From NCBI GenBank assembly GCA_039630345.1, contig JBCNVD010000009.1:1-51042 (forward strand): DNA of 51,042 bases. Direction: 5' to 3'. The notes below the pieces were generated by a model. That model ran no database searches, was not told the origin of the DNA, and saw only the letters and a program-made list of their open reading frames with translations. Origin of the DNA: Aquificaceae bacterium. Lineage in GTDB: Bacteria; Aquificota; Aquificia; Aquificales; Aquificaceae. A program made the position numbers and the translations under genes. Shown piece by piece: positions 28,037 to 37,496 of the stretch. Positions within the stretch are counted from its first letter, which is position 1. The number at the start of each line of letters is the position of its first letter.

Positions 28037-28534
28037 ATGGAAGACATTCTGGTAGGGGATTACATAATAAGGCCAGATAGGTATTACACCAAAGACCATC
28101 TGTGGGTCAAAATAAAAGGCAACAGAGCGACAATAGGAATTACCGACTTTACCGCGAGAAACCTCGAAGAGGTCGATAGTCTAGAACTCCCAAATAGAGA
28201 CGCAGAATTAGAAACTGGAGATGTCTCAGCAAGCATAGAATTTGGCGATGAGGTTATTACAATCATCACCCCGCTCTCTGGCGTAGTTGTGGAGGTTAAC
28301 GAATCCCTTGACGAAGAGCCGTCTCAGGTTGTGGAAAGCCCCTATGACGATGGCTGGCTTTTTGAAATAGAACTCTCTGACACTCAGGAAATCGAAGACC
28401 TCCTCTCTGCAGAAGACTACGCACAGCTTTTATCAGAACTTACTCAAGAACATGTCTATAATGACGAGGATGATGGGCTGGAAGACCCTATAGAGAACAT
28501 CCCAGAAGACGACTTTGACGAAGATAAACCCTAA
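28037..28534 (+). CDS. GcvH/lipoyl-carrier-like protein without lipoyl-lysine
   Basis: YYTKDHLWV, ATIGITDF, PLSG.VVEVN..L, SPYDDGWL; ESVK replaced by EFGD; acidic tail. Confidence 0.85.
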   Translation: MEDILVGDYIIRPDRYYTKDHLWVKIKGNRATIGITDFTARNLEEVDSLELPNRDAELETGDVSASIEFGDEVITIITPLSGVVVEVNESLDEEPSQVVESPYDDGWLFEIELSDTQEIEDLLSAEDYAQLLSELTQEHVYNDEDDGLEDPIENIPEDDFDEDKP

Positions 28535-28535
28535 A

Positions 28536-28727
28536 ATGCTATCTGAAGAGCTCTTATCTATACTCGCCTGCCCTATCTGCAAGGGTCCATTGGAGTATTT
28601 GCCTCTAAAGAAGCGCCTTGTGTGTCACTATTGCAAGGTTTATTACCCCTTTATTGACGACATTCCTGTTTTAATTCCAGAGCATGCAGTCCCTCTTGAA
28701 TCTCTTCCAGAAGGTAGCCAAACTTAG
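28536..28727 (+). CDS. Trm112/YcaR family protein
   Basis: LL.ILACPICKG.L, C..C...YP..DDIPVL. Confidence 0.88.
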   Translation: MLSEELLSILACPICKGPLEYLPLKKRLVCHYCKVYYPFIDDIPVLIPEHAVPLESLPEGSQT

Positions 28728-29337
28728 AGCTCTTAATCCCCATAAACTCAGGTCCTAAGTTTATAAAGTGGGCTCTAAGCCCGCTCTGTTTTTTAAACCC
28801 CTCTAGCATCATATAATCTGCCAAAGTATCCCCAATATAGACGCAGGTATCCACCCCGAGATTTTTAAGACAAAAAGATAAAGCAAAGGGATGAGGTTTT
28901 CTCAAATCCCTTTCGGGAATTGTGTCTTCATCAACTATAAAATCAAAATATTCCCACAGGCTAAATTTATTAAACCCCTCCTCAAGGTCTTTTCTTGGTC
29001 TTCCGGTAACTACCCCCATGGGTCTTGAGAGCTCTCTTATCTCCCTTAAAACCCCGTGACCTATAAGGAGCTTTTCAGTATGTTTTAAAGTTTCATAAAA
29101 TTTATTAAATTCCCTGATTATTTCTTCAAGACTTACTTCCATCCCGCTGTCTTCTATTATCCTTTTGGTTGCAAACCAGTCATTGTTTATCCCAAGCTCT
29201 AACTTAACCCTCTTTACCTCGCTGTCTTTTACTTCTCTATTTAAAAATTTTTGCGCTGTTAATTTGATTGCGGCCCTATAGGAGTTTTCAACATCTATCA
29301 AAACCCCGTCAACGTCAAAAACGATTCCACATTTCAT
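28651..29337 (-). CDS. HAD family hydrolase
   Basis: FDVDGVL, VTGRP, KPHP, IGDT..D. Confidence 0.88.
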   Translation of the reverse strand: MKCGIVFDVDGVLIDVENSYRAAIKLTAQKFLNREVKDSEVKRVKLELGINNDWFATKRIIEDSGMEVSLEEIIREFNKFYETLKHTEKLLIGHGVLREIRELSRPMGVVTGRPRKDLEEGFNKFSLWEYFDFIVDEDTIPERDLRKPHPFALSFCLKNLGVDTCVYIGDTLADYMMLEGFKKQSGLRAHFINLGPEFMGIKSSKFGYLLEEIQEGLHALELKQECRQ

Positions 29338-30245
29338 TTAAGGACTATCTCAGAAGACTCTTTAGATAGCAAAAATTTAGTAAACTTACCGGCTAGAAAT
29401 GTAAGCCTTTCGTTTTCGGGATATATAATGTAGTGCCATCTGCTTGCGTTAAAGCCCTTTATTTTTACCTCGACGAGTCTGTTTTTGGCTACCTCTTCGC
29501 TTATTAAGCCCCTTGAGAGAAAGCTACCCCCGTAGCCGTTTTTAACCATGTTTATTATCGTCCTGCTTGAATTGGTCTCTATCCTGATATTTAAACGCTC
29601 AAATATAACCCCAAGTCTTTCCAGCTCTCTTCTTACCACTTTTCTGGTCCCTGAGCTTACTTCTCTAAAAACCAGAGGTATTTTATAGAGCTCTTCGGGT
29701 TCTATCTCTTCCCTTTTTGCAAATGGATGCTGATATCCTACAAAGAAAACAACCTCGTCCATAATCCACTTTACATAGCTAAATTTTTCAGATGGCTCTC
29801 TTTCTATAATTCCAAGATTTAAAACCCCGGAAGCGACTCCGTCTTCTATATGCTGGGAGTTATCAACCGTTAACCTTATGTTTACATTTGGTAGTTGCGA
29901 GTGAAATTCCGCAATCAGCTCTGGCACTTTGTATTCGCTTAGGGTCATGCTAACGCCTAATAAAAGCGTATCTTTGAAATCTTTTTTTATCTTTGACATC
30001 TCTTCCATCAGGTTTTCATAATCACTCAGGAGGTTTTTTGCTATTTGATAAATTCTTTTACCCTCGTCTGTTAAAACTATCTTGCCAGATAGTCTCTGAA
30101 GTAGCTTTGCCCCCACTATCTTCTCAAGGGCTTTAATTTGCTGGGTGACCGCAGGCTGTGTTACATATAATATCTCAGAAGCTCTTGAAAAACTCCCAAG
30201 GTCCGCAACCGCGACGAAAGTTTTAAGCTTGGTTATGTCTATCAT
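29334..30245 (-). CDS. LysR family transcriptional regulator (CysL-like)
   Basis: GSFSRA...TQPAVTQQIK.LE, RE..SGTR. Confidence 0.92.
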   Translation of the reverse strand: MIDITKLKTFVAVADLGSFSRASEILYVTQPAVTQQIKALEKIVGAKLLQRLSGKIVLTDEGKRIYQIAKNLLSDYENLMEEMSKIKKDFKDTLLLGVSMTLSEYKVPELIAEFHSQLPNVNIRLTVDNSQHIEDGVASGVLNLGIIEREPSEKFSYVKWIMDEVVFFVGYQHPFAKREEIEPEELYKIPLVFREVSSGTRKVVRRELERLGVIFERLNIRIETNSSRTIINMVKNGYGGSFLSRGLISEEVAKNRLVEVKIKGFNASRWHYIIYPENERLTFLAGKFTKFLLSKESSEIVLK

Positions 30246-30260
30246 CACTTATGATTATAG

Positions 30261-30659
30261 CTATATTCTAAGAAGGTTCTTGACATTTGCCTCGATGCTT
30301 TTTATAGTCTTTTTGATATTGTCTCTGGATAAGATGCTAACTTCATCCACATTCCAGTGTTCTCTTCTTTTATGACTTTGCAAATAAGGGCATCTGTCCC
30401 TTGCTTCAGGTGCAAGCGTTATTAAAATATCAAGTCTGTCATAGGGTATTTCTTCAATGTGCCTAACTTTGAGTCCATCTACCTCAAACCCTAGCTCTAA
30501 CAAAACCTCCACCAAAGTGTCACAGGATTTGTCACACTCTTCAACCCCTGCAGAATAAACCTCGGCGCTTATAAGCCCAAGTTTTGCATACTTTCTAAAA
30601 ATGCTCTCTGCGCTTAGAGCCCTAATTAGACCAAACCTTGATACAAAGCCAATTTTCAT
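30261..30659 (-). CDS. LMW-PTP/ArsC-fold protein lacking catalytic Cys
   Basis: FVSRFGLIR (SxxxxxR), VYSAG, DILITL...RCP, REHW. Confidence 0.8.
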   Translation of the reverse strand: MKIGFVSRFGLIRALSAESIFRKYAKLGLISAEVYSAGVEECDKSCDTLVEVLLELGFEVDGLKVRHIEEIPYDRLDILITLAPEARDRCPYLQSHKRREHWNVDEVSILSRDNIKKTIKSIEANVKNLLRI

Positions 30660-30664
30660 AAATT

Positions 30665-31564
30665 CTAACTTAATAAAAACTTCATAAGTCCCATCTGGGC
30701 AAACATCCTGTTTTTAGCCTGCAGGAAAATCTCCTCCGCATGAGATTCAAAAACCTCTTCCTCTATTTCTTCTCCCTTTCTGGCAGGGAGACAGTGCATT
30801 ATTTTGACTTTTTTATCTCCTATAAGGCTCTTACTTACGCAAAAAGACTCAAGAGCTCTTCTTTTTTGCTCGTCTTTTTGATGATTCATGCTAAACCAGA
30901 CATCTGTATATATAACATCCGCACCCTCAAGCGCTTTATCAGCACTATCAACAAGCCTTATATCAGCCCCGCTTTTGACTGCTAATTTCAGGGCTCTTTC
31001 TAAATACTCTCTGGATGGTCTATACCCTTCTGGCGAAGCGACAACTAAATTAAACCCAAACATCCCCGCACCAATAAGCAGGCTATTGCAAACATTGTTT
31101 CCATCTCCCAAATAAGCCACCTTGACATTTTTCAGGTCTTTGCCAAAAAACTCACAAAGTGTTAAAACATCCCCAAGTATCTGACAAGGGTGCGATAGTT
31201 CCGTAAGGGCATTAATAACCGGCACCTTAGACCACCTTGCCATTTCCTTAACCAAAGCATGCTCGGCCCTTATGACTATCAAATCCAGATACTGCGAAAG
31301 AGTTCTTGCAGTGTCTCTTGGCTCCTCTCCCCTTGATGATTGCAGGGTATCCTCCTGCAAAAACACACAGGTTCCACCAAGTTTTGCAACCCCTGCCTCA
31401 AAAGAGACCCTGGTCCTGGTCGAAGGCTTTTTAAAGTAAAGCCCCACGACTCTTCTTTTCAAAAACTCCTCAAACTGCCCGTTTTTTATCTCAAGCGCCC
31501 AATCTATTACCTTCCAGCCCTCCTCAGGGCTTAGATCGTCAAGCTCAATAAAATCCCTCTTCAT
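30665..31564 (-). CDS. argF: Ornithine carbamoyltransferase
   Basis: STRTRVSFE, HPCQ, GDGNNV, YTDVWFSM, MHCLP. Confidence 0.96.
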   Translation of the reverse strand: MKRDFIELDDLSPEEGWKVIDWALEIKNGQFEEFLKRRVVGLYFKKPSTRTRVSFEAGVAKLGGTCVFLQEDTLQSSRGEEPRDTARTLSQYLDLIVIRAEHALVKEMARWSKVPVINALTELSHPCQILGDVLTLCEFFGKDLKNVKVAYLGDGNNVCNSLLIGAGMFGFNLVVASPEGYRPSREYLERALKLAVKSGADIRLVDSADKALEGADVIYTDVWFSMNHQKDEQKRRALESFCVSKSLIGDKKVKIMHCLPARKGEEIEEEVFESHAEEIFLQAKNRMFAQMGLMKFLLS

Positions 31565-31593
31565 AGTTTGAAAATCTTGATTATATCATAAGC

Positions 31594-31613
31594 GCGGGGG
31601 GAATTCCCCCCGC
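31594..31613. terminator. Perfect 20-bp GC palindrome, probable terminator
   Basis: GCGGGGGGAATTCCCCCCGC about 10 bp past the transglycosylase stop; weak U-tract. Confidence 0.6.
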
Positions 31614-31622
31614 TACCCCCCT

Positions 31623-32045
31623 TTAAAACCTTCCAAATATGACTGCTATTGGCTCTATGTATGTCTCTCTCTTTGGCTTTGGATATGTTTTGCCTTCGTA
31701 AATTGCCATAACTTTCCTGACATATTCACTATCCGACGATGCTCTTTTCCCCTTGTTGTAGCAATCTACTGCCTGCTTTAGGTCTTTAAAGCTATCCATA
31801 CAGAGCCTTAAAACCATTGCCCCGAAGTGCGCGCTATAGCATGGATCAAAAAGCCAGCTTTTATCTATCCCGGCTGTCTTTATCCATCTTGAATTGATTT
31901 GCATAAGTCCTATATCAATACTTCCGTCTTTATTTACCCCGATCGCCCAGGGTTTCATAGAGCTCTCTACCTGGGCAATAGCTCTTAAGAGCCTTGGCTC
32001 AATGCCGTAAACTGAGCCTGCTCTTTCAAAGCAGTGGTCAAACAT
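31623..32045 (-). CDS. Lytic transglycosylase (SLT domain)
   Basis: AIAQVES, DIGLMQIN, YN. Confidence 0.88.
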   Translation of the reverse strand: MFDHCFERAGSVYGIEPRLLRAIAQVESSMKPWAIGVNKDGSIDIGLMQINSRWIKTAGIDKSWLFDPCYSAHFGAMVLRLCMDSFKDLKQAVDCYNKGKRASSDSEYVRKVMAIYEGKTYPKPKRETYIEPIAVIFGRF

Positions 32046-32271
32046 CTATGTCTTCACCTTCTAAGATGCGCTTTGTGTAATTCACACACGCAAGGACAGT
32101 AAACCAGAGCGCATGATGCTCTGTTTTGTCAAAGTTTTCAACAACCTTAGCCTTTCCGTTTTCGTCTATTCTTAGCTTTATGTATTCAAAGGCCATCTTT
32201 GCAAGCTGTTTGTTTGAAATCTTTTCAATTACTTTTTGTTTGATATCCTCCGGGACTGATATTTCTTGCAA
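32038..32271 (-). CDS. Hypothetical protein
   Basis: 77-aa ORF with SD GGAGG, overlapping both neighbours on the same strand. Confidence 0.65.
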   Translation of the reverse strand: MQEISVPEDIKQKVIEKISNKQLAKMAFEYIKLRIDENGKAKVVENFDKTEHHALWFTVLACVNYTKRILEGEDIDV

Positions 32272-33730
32272 AGTCCACCTCCTTTAGAGCTTTTAATAGT
32301 TTTTTGTCGTATCCGTAGATGTCTTCGCGGAAGTTTAAAATCCCGTCTCTTTCAAACGCAGTCAGATATGCTATGTAAATTGGCACTTTTGATTGTGGGC
32401 TGACGCTGATGTTTTGTCTTGAAGCTATGGCTCTATTTAATCTGTTTTCGTTCCATCCAAGTAGCTCGCTTGCAAGTTGTCTTGCCTTTTCTACCCTTAT
32501 ACAGCCAGAGCTGTAAGCTCGCTTATGTCTATTAAATAGGTGCTTCTCCGGAGTGTCGTGAAGATAGACATCAAAGTCGTTTGGGAAGTGAAACTTTATC
32601 TGCCCAAGGGAGTTGCCAGGACCTGAATCCTGAACCAGCATAAAAGGAGGTCTTTTAGGGTCTATGTTTGCCCAGTCTATACTGGATGGGTCAACCTCCT
32701 CGCCGTTTTTGTAAATTCTGAGCCTTTTTCTCTGAATGATTGACGGGTCTCTTTGAGCCCTTGGGAGGATATCTTTACTTGCAATCGAAGGCGGCACATA
32801 CCATTTTGGATTTAAAACTATGTAACTTAACTGGCTATAAATAATCGGGGTAGGTCTTGTATCCCCTTTGAAGTCTCTTCCCACCACTACCTTTGAGGTC
32901 AGCTTTACCTTACCATCTTCGTATAAAAAAAGCTCGTAGGATGGCACATTTACCATCACGAACATCCCTCTTGGAGGCGGACTTACCCATCTTAGCTTCT
33001 CAAGGTTTAAAAATATCGTCTTTAATCTCTCTCTTGGCGTTACATTTAGCTCCATGGTGGTTTTCTGGTCTAAATTTCCAGTTGGCAAAAGTCCGTGCCT
33101 TTTTTGAAATTCCATAAGAGCTCTTTTTAGCTCCTCGTCAAAAATGTCTCCGCCTGATTCGCCTGGTAAATCCTGAAGCAAATAAAGTCTTTTTCTTAGC
33201 TTTAGAACTTCCGGATGCTTTGTGCCAATTTGCAGTTTAACCTGATTTATTTTGGGCCAATCTTCTTCTAAGAGGCTTATGTATCTTTCGGCCCACTTGC
33301 TTAGCGCCTCGTATTCAGGATTATTCGGAGAGAGCTCTTTTGGTAAATCTTGCAATCTCCTCTGTCTTATTAGGTTAACGAGCGTTTGCATGGTGATGTC
33401 TTGCTTTTGAGGGATTTTTGCACCTCTAAAGACTGTGGCAGGGTTTAACTGCCCATAATATAAAGCGTTTGCTATTTGCAAAAGGTTGTCTGTTATTTTA
33501 AGTTCCTGATTGGCTTCTGCTTTGAATTGTTCTGGATCGATGCCGTGCTGGGGCAAAATGCTCAAAAGAGTCCTGTACTGGCTATAAAGCTCTGTTGGAT
33601 TTCCAAAACAGGACCAGAGGCAGATAGCGCCAAGCTCGCTATATAGCGCCTGAACCCTCTGGGGATTTTTAAGCTCGCTGGCTCTAAGTGTTGAAAATAT
33701 CAAAATAACAAAGAGAGCAAGCCTTGGCAT
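32225..33730 (-). CDS. L,D-transpeptidase, YcbB/LdtD-like
   Basis: PG-binding FQ.RHGL, VNVP, NP.WYVP, YLHDTP...SSGCIRV. Confidence 0.9.
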   Translation of the reverse strand: MPRLALFVILIFSTLRASELKNPQRVQALYSELGAICLWSCFGNPTELYSQYRTLLSILPQHGIDPEQFKAEANQELKITDNLLQIANALYYGQLNPATVFRGAKIPQKQDITMQTLVNLIRQRRLQDLPKELSPNNPEYEALSKWAERYISLLEEDWPKINQVKLQIGTKHPEVLKLRKRLYLLQDLPGESGGDIFDEELKRALMEFQKRHGLLPTGNLDQKTTMELNVTPRERLKTIFLNLEKLRWVSPPPRGMFVMVNVPSYELFLYEDGKVKLTSKVVVGRDFKGDTRPTPIIYSQLSYIVLNPKWYVPPSIASKDILPRAQRDPSIIQRKRLRIYKNGEEVDPSSIDWANIDPKRPPFMLVQDSGPGNSLGQIKFHFPNDFDVYLHDTPEKHLFNRHKRAYSSGCIRVEKARQLASELLGWNENRLNRAIASRQNISVSPQSKVPIYIAYLTAFERDGILNFREDIYGYDKKLLKALKEVDFARNISPGGYQTKSN

Positions 33731-33751
33731 TTTTCTAAATTAATTATAGCC

Positions 33752-35599
33752 TTAAATTGGCTTGCCCTCTATCACATCGCCTTTTTCGCTTCCATAGAGC
33801 TGAGTGCCTATGGAGCTTAGCATCCTTACAACCTCTTCAGCCTGTTTGCGAATCTCGGTAATGTCCTGACTGGTCTGAAGGGTTTTCCTTGCCTGTTGCA
33901 AAACTTCCTGGGCTTTTTGACTATATTCCTGAGGTATCTTGTCCGATTGCTCTCTCAGGAGCTTTTCAAGTGTATAAATTTGCTGATCAAGCTGGTTTTT
34001 GGCGTCTATTAGCTCTTTTCTTTTCTTGTCTTCCTCTTCGTGAAGCTGGGCGTCTTTGATGATTTTGTCAATCTCTTCTTTGGTAAGCCCTGAGGATGCC
34101 TGAACCTTTATAGACTGCTCTTTGCCCGTTGCCTGGTCTTTTGCGCTTACATGCAAAATTCCATCGACATCTATGTCAAAGCAAACTTCAATCTTTGGCA
34201 CTCCCCTTGGTGCTGGGGGTATACCGGTTAGATAAAACTTACCCAGAGATTTGTTTTCCGAAGCTATCTGTCTCTCTCCCTGAAGGACATGAATTTCCAC
34301 CTCTGTCTGGTTGTCGGTTGCGGTTGTAAATATCTCGCACTTTCTAAATGGTATAGGGGTGTTTCTTGGAATCAAAACCGTCATAACGCCCCCAAGGGTC
34401 TCAACCCCCAGAGATAGCGGTGTTACATCAACCAGCAGGATGTCCTTGACCTGTCCTGTTAAGACCCCAGCCTGTATGGCAGCCCCAACCGCGACAACCT
34501 CGTCAGGGTTTACGCCCTTGTTTGGCTCTTTTGAAAAGAAGTCTCTGATTTTTTGCTGAACGAGAGGAATTCTGGTAGAGCCCCCTACCAAAACCACCTC
34601 GTCTATGTCGGTTGGTCTTAATTTTGCATCTTCCAGAGCCTGACGGACTATGTTCATGGTTCTATCAACCAAATCTCTTATCATCTCCTCGAGCCTTGCT
34701 CTGGTTAGTCTTTTCTGAAGATGCAGTGGCTGATTGGTTGATGGGTCAATCGTTATAAAGGGTAGGTTTATCTCGGTCTCTAATTTAAAAGAGAGCTCTT
34801 TTTTAGCCTGTTCGCTGGCTTCTTTTAGTCTCTGAAGGGCAGTTCTATCGCGCCTTATGTCAACGCCCGTGTCTCGCTGAAACTCCTCAAGTAGCCATTC
34901 CATAATGCGCTCGTCTATGTTTGCACCGCCAAGGTGGGTATCTCCGGCCGTCGCCTTTACCTCTATAACGCCGTCTCCACCTTCCAGAATAGAAACATCA
35001 AAAGTTCCGCCGCCAAAGTCGTAAACGAGTATTTTGATGTTGCTCTTTTTGTCAAGTCCGTAAGCGAGCGCAGCTGCCGTTGGCTCGTTTATTATCCTTA
35101 AAACCTCGAGACCTGCGAGTGCGCCTGCATCTTTTGTTGCCTGCCTTTGACGCTCGTTAAAGTATGCGGGCACTGTGATGACAGCTTTGGTTATCTTCTC
35201 GCCAAGATATGCCTCCGCTGCCTCTTTTAATTTCTTTAAAACCTGCGCGCCTACCTCTTCGGGTCTTACGGTCTTTCCCGCGTTTGGAATGCTAAAGGCT
35301 GAATCGCCCTTTTCGTCCGCCACTACCTTGTATGGCACTCTCTTTATCTCTGATTGCACTTCCTCAAACTTTCTGCCTATAAAGCGCTTTGCTTCGTAGA
35401 TTGTGTTTTCTGGCTCTAAAACTGCGCGCCTTTTTGCAGGCTCTCCTACCATGATTTCTCTATCCTTGCCCCAGGAAACCACAGAAGGCGTTAGTCTTGA
35501 ACCTTCCTGATTTGCTATAACTATTGGCTCTTCGCCAACCATCACCGCAACCACAGAGTTGGTAGTCCCAAGGTCAATACCTATCACTTTCTCAGGCAT
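33752..35599 (-). CDS. dnaK: Chaperone DnaK
   Basis: [34 protein letters not shown]. Confidence 0.97.
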   Translation of the reverse strand: MPEKVIGIDLGTTNSVVAVMVGEEPIVIANQEGSRLTPSVVSWGKDREIMVGEPAKRRAVLEPENTIYEAKRFIGRKFEEVQSEIKRVPYKVVADEKGDSAFSIPNAGKTVRPEEVGAQVLKKLKEAAEAYLGEKITKAVITVPAYFNERQRQATKDAGALAGLEVLRIINEPTAAALAYGLDKKSNIKILVYDFGGGTFDVSILEGGDGVIEVKATAGDTHLGGANIDERIMEWLLEEFQRDTGVDIRRDRTALQRLKEASEQAKKELSFKLETEINLPFITIDPSTNQPLHLQKRLTRARLEEMIRDLVDRTMNIVRQALEDAKLRPTDIDEVVLVGGSTRIPLVQQKIRDFFSKEPNKGVNPDEVVAVGAAIQAGVLTGQVKDILLVDVTPLSLGVETLGGVMTVLIPRNTPIPFRKCEIFTTATDNQTEVEIHVLQGERQIASENKSLGKFYLTGIPPAPRGVPKIEVCFDIDVDGILHVSAKDQATGKEQSIKVQASSGLTKEEIDKIIKDAQLHEEEDKKRKELIDAKNQLDQQIYTLEKLLREQSDKIPQEYSQKAQEVLQQARKTLQTSQDITEIRKQAEEVVRMLSSIGTQLYGSEKGDVIEGKPI

Positions 35600-35618
35600 T
35601 TTTATACCTCCTCTCCTA

Positions 35619-35648
35619 ATAATAAAATCTAAGTATCAATTTGTCAAG
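35619..35648 (-). promoter_or_regulatory. dnaK promoter with overlapping HAIR-like (HspR) element
   Basis: TTGACA (35647-35642), 17 bp, TATTAT (35624-35619); CTTGACA-N7-ACTTAGA resembles CTTGAGT-N7-ACTCAAG. Confidence 0.65.
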
Positions 35649-35661
35649 TTTTTTAACTCTA

Positions 35662-36420
35662 TCAGTTTAACTTAAACATCACACCTTCTCTCAGCTTTAT
35701 CTCCCCTATGGGCCTATCCTCCTCCCAATCCTCTTCAAGCTCTATCTCTACCTGCCTTGTTAGCTTAAAAACCTCCTCAGGAAGCTCTGAAACCTCGCCA
35801 AGTGGCAACACCTTTTTAAACTCCTCTATTAGCATCTTGAAAACCTCCTCCGGCTTTAGAAAAATCCCCTCTCTTTCAAGCCATGTGATGTTTCTATAAA
35901 GCTCTTCTGAAAGCTCCTGTTTTCTCCTGGTTTTTATAACCTCTGCAAACTCCGATGGGTCAAACCTCATAAGGACATTACCCACAAAGACAAAAGCCCC
36001 GTCTATGTCGCCTGCCCCCTGCCCGCTTATTTTCCTGCCCCCAACTGTTATATCAAGCCCCTCGACCCTGGCATCAAGCCCAAGAGATCTGTAAAACTCA
36101 GCTACCGGCAAAGAGAGCTCTCTCGTGGCTCTTTCTACCTTAAAACAAACCTCACTCCTTGGCAAAACAAGCTCGTAAAATATTTGCCCCGGCCCAAGCA
36201 AAACCGCCCCTCCACCTGTATATCTTTTTATTATCCTGTATCCGCGCTGACGCGCGATTTTTTCGTCAATGATTTTCTCAAGCCCGCTTGTTATCCCAAC
36301 GCTTAAAAACTTATCAGCAGGCTCACACAAAAATAGCCCAAAGACTTTCAGTCTCGCCATTGCGTGAAAGACAGTTACTGGCAAAACGCCTTTTAGGTTC
36401 TTCTTTAGATATATCCTCAG
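35662..36420 (-). CDS. Lipoate-protein ligase family catalytic domain
   Basis: SVG, KRYTGGGAV, DI...GRKISG.G; start uncertain (CTG at 36420 or TTG at 36384). Confidence 0.82.
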   Translation of the reverse strand: MRIYLKKNLKGVLPVTVFHAMARLKVFGLFLCEPADKFLSVGITSGLEKIIDEKIARQRGYRIIKRYTGGGAVLLGPGQIFYELVLPRSEVCFKVERATRELSLPVAEFYRSLGLDARVEGLDITVGGRKISGQGAGDIDGAFVFVGNVLMRFDPSEFAEVIKTRRKQELSEELYRNITWLEREGIFLKPEEVFKMLIEEFKKVLPLGEVSELPEEVFKLTRQVEIELEEDWEEDRPIGEIKLREGVMFKLN

Positions 36421-37496
36421 AGCTCTTCCCTCAGAGTTTTTAAAACCTCGTTTATCAAAAGCCAGCCTTTTAAACTGAGTTTAAAATTCCCATCCCTGGA
36501 TATATATGTATCTTCTGGAAGCTCTAAGTTAGGCAAAAACCACCTTTTAATCCCCATTTTTGTTCTTAAGTTGCAAAAAACATAGTCAAATAGCCACTCT
36601 CTACTTTCAAGCACTTCAAGGCTATAAACTGGTCTTAAACCTTTTCTTATTAGCTCTTCATAGAGTCTTAAGTTTTTTACATTTAAGTATCTAATGCCCT
36701 GAATAAATCCGCCTGCAGAAGCCCCAAGACCTAAAAAAGGCCTGTTTTGCCAGTAAATCAGATTATGCCTGCATTCAAACCCTTCTTTTGCAAAGTTACA
36801 AACCTCATAATGCGAAAACCCGCTCTTTGTAAGAAACTCATCCACTAAAATGTAAAACTCTTCAATTCTGTCCTCATCAAAAGGCTTTAAATCCCCCCTT
36901 TTGACCATAAGCTCAAAAAGAGTATCCTCGTAAATGGTTAGCAAATAAGCTGAAATGTGACTAATTTCTAGCTCAAGCGCCATCTCAAGGTCTTTCAGTA
37001 GCTCTTCCTTTGTCTGTTCTGGGTATGCGTAGATAATATCTATGTTTATGTTTTCAAATCCTGCGTTTTTTGCATCCATTACGGCTCTCTTTGCCCTTTG
37101 AGGGCTGTGGGTTCTTCCAAGGAGCTTAAGACCCCTTTCAGAAAAGGTCTGAATGCCAAAACTAACTCTGTTTACAGTTTTTGAAAGCTCTTCAAAGTCT
37201 TTGATGCTGTAGCTCTCGGGATTACACTCTATAGTAATCTCTTCAAGATTTGAAAGGTCAAAAATTTCGCCAAGAGCATCTATTAAAGACTTTACCTCGC
37301 AGGGCTTTAAGATTGATGGAGTCCCACCGCCAAAATACATGGTTTTGATCTTGCCCTGAAGGTGCGAATAGAGCTTTGCCTCCTTAGCAATTAGCTCAAG
37401 ATAGGTCTTATAATCTCCTGACTCTATGGAGAAAAAATCGCAGTAAGGACACTTCTTTTCGCAAAAAGGGATGTGAATGTAGATGCCTTCAAACAT
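36417..37496 (-). CDS. hemW: Radical SAM heme chaperone HemW
   Basis: YIHIPFCEKKCPYCDF, GGGTPS, HNLIYW. Confidence 0.9.
   Translation of the reverse strand: MFEGIYIHIPFCEKKCPYCDFFSIESGDYKTYLELIAKEAKLYSHLQGKIKTMYFGGGTPSILKPCEVKSLIDALGEIFDLSNLEEITIECNPESYSIKDFEELSKTVNRVSFGIQTFSERGLKLLGRTHSPQRAKRAVMDAKNAGFENINIDIIYAYPEQTKEELLKDLEMALELEISHISAYLLTIYEDTLFELMVKRGDLKPFDEDRIEEFYILVDEFLTKSGFSHYEVCNFAKEGFECRHNLIYWQNRPFLGLGASAGGFIQGIRYLNVKNLRLYEELIRKGLRPVYSLEVLESREWLFDYVFCNLRTKMGIKRWFLPNLELPEDTYISRDGNFKLSLKGWLLINEVLKTLREEL

Noticed and set aside
9607..30659. Selenocysteine readthrough explaining missing Cys in redox-fold proteins
   Set aside because: The relevant positions are ordinary sense codons, not in-frame TGA
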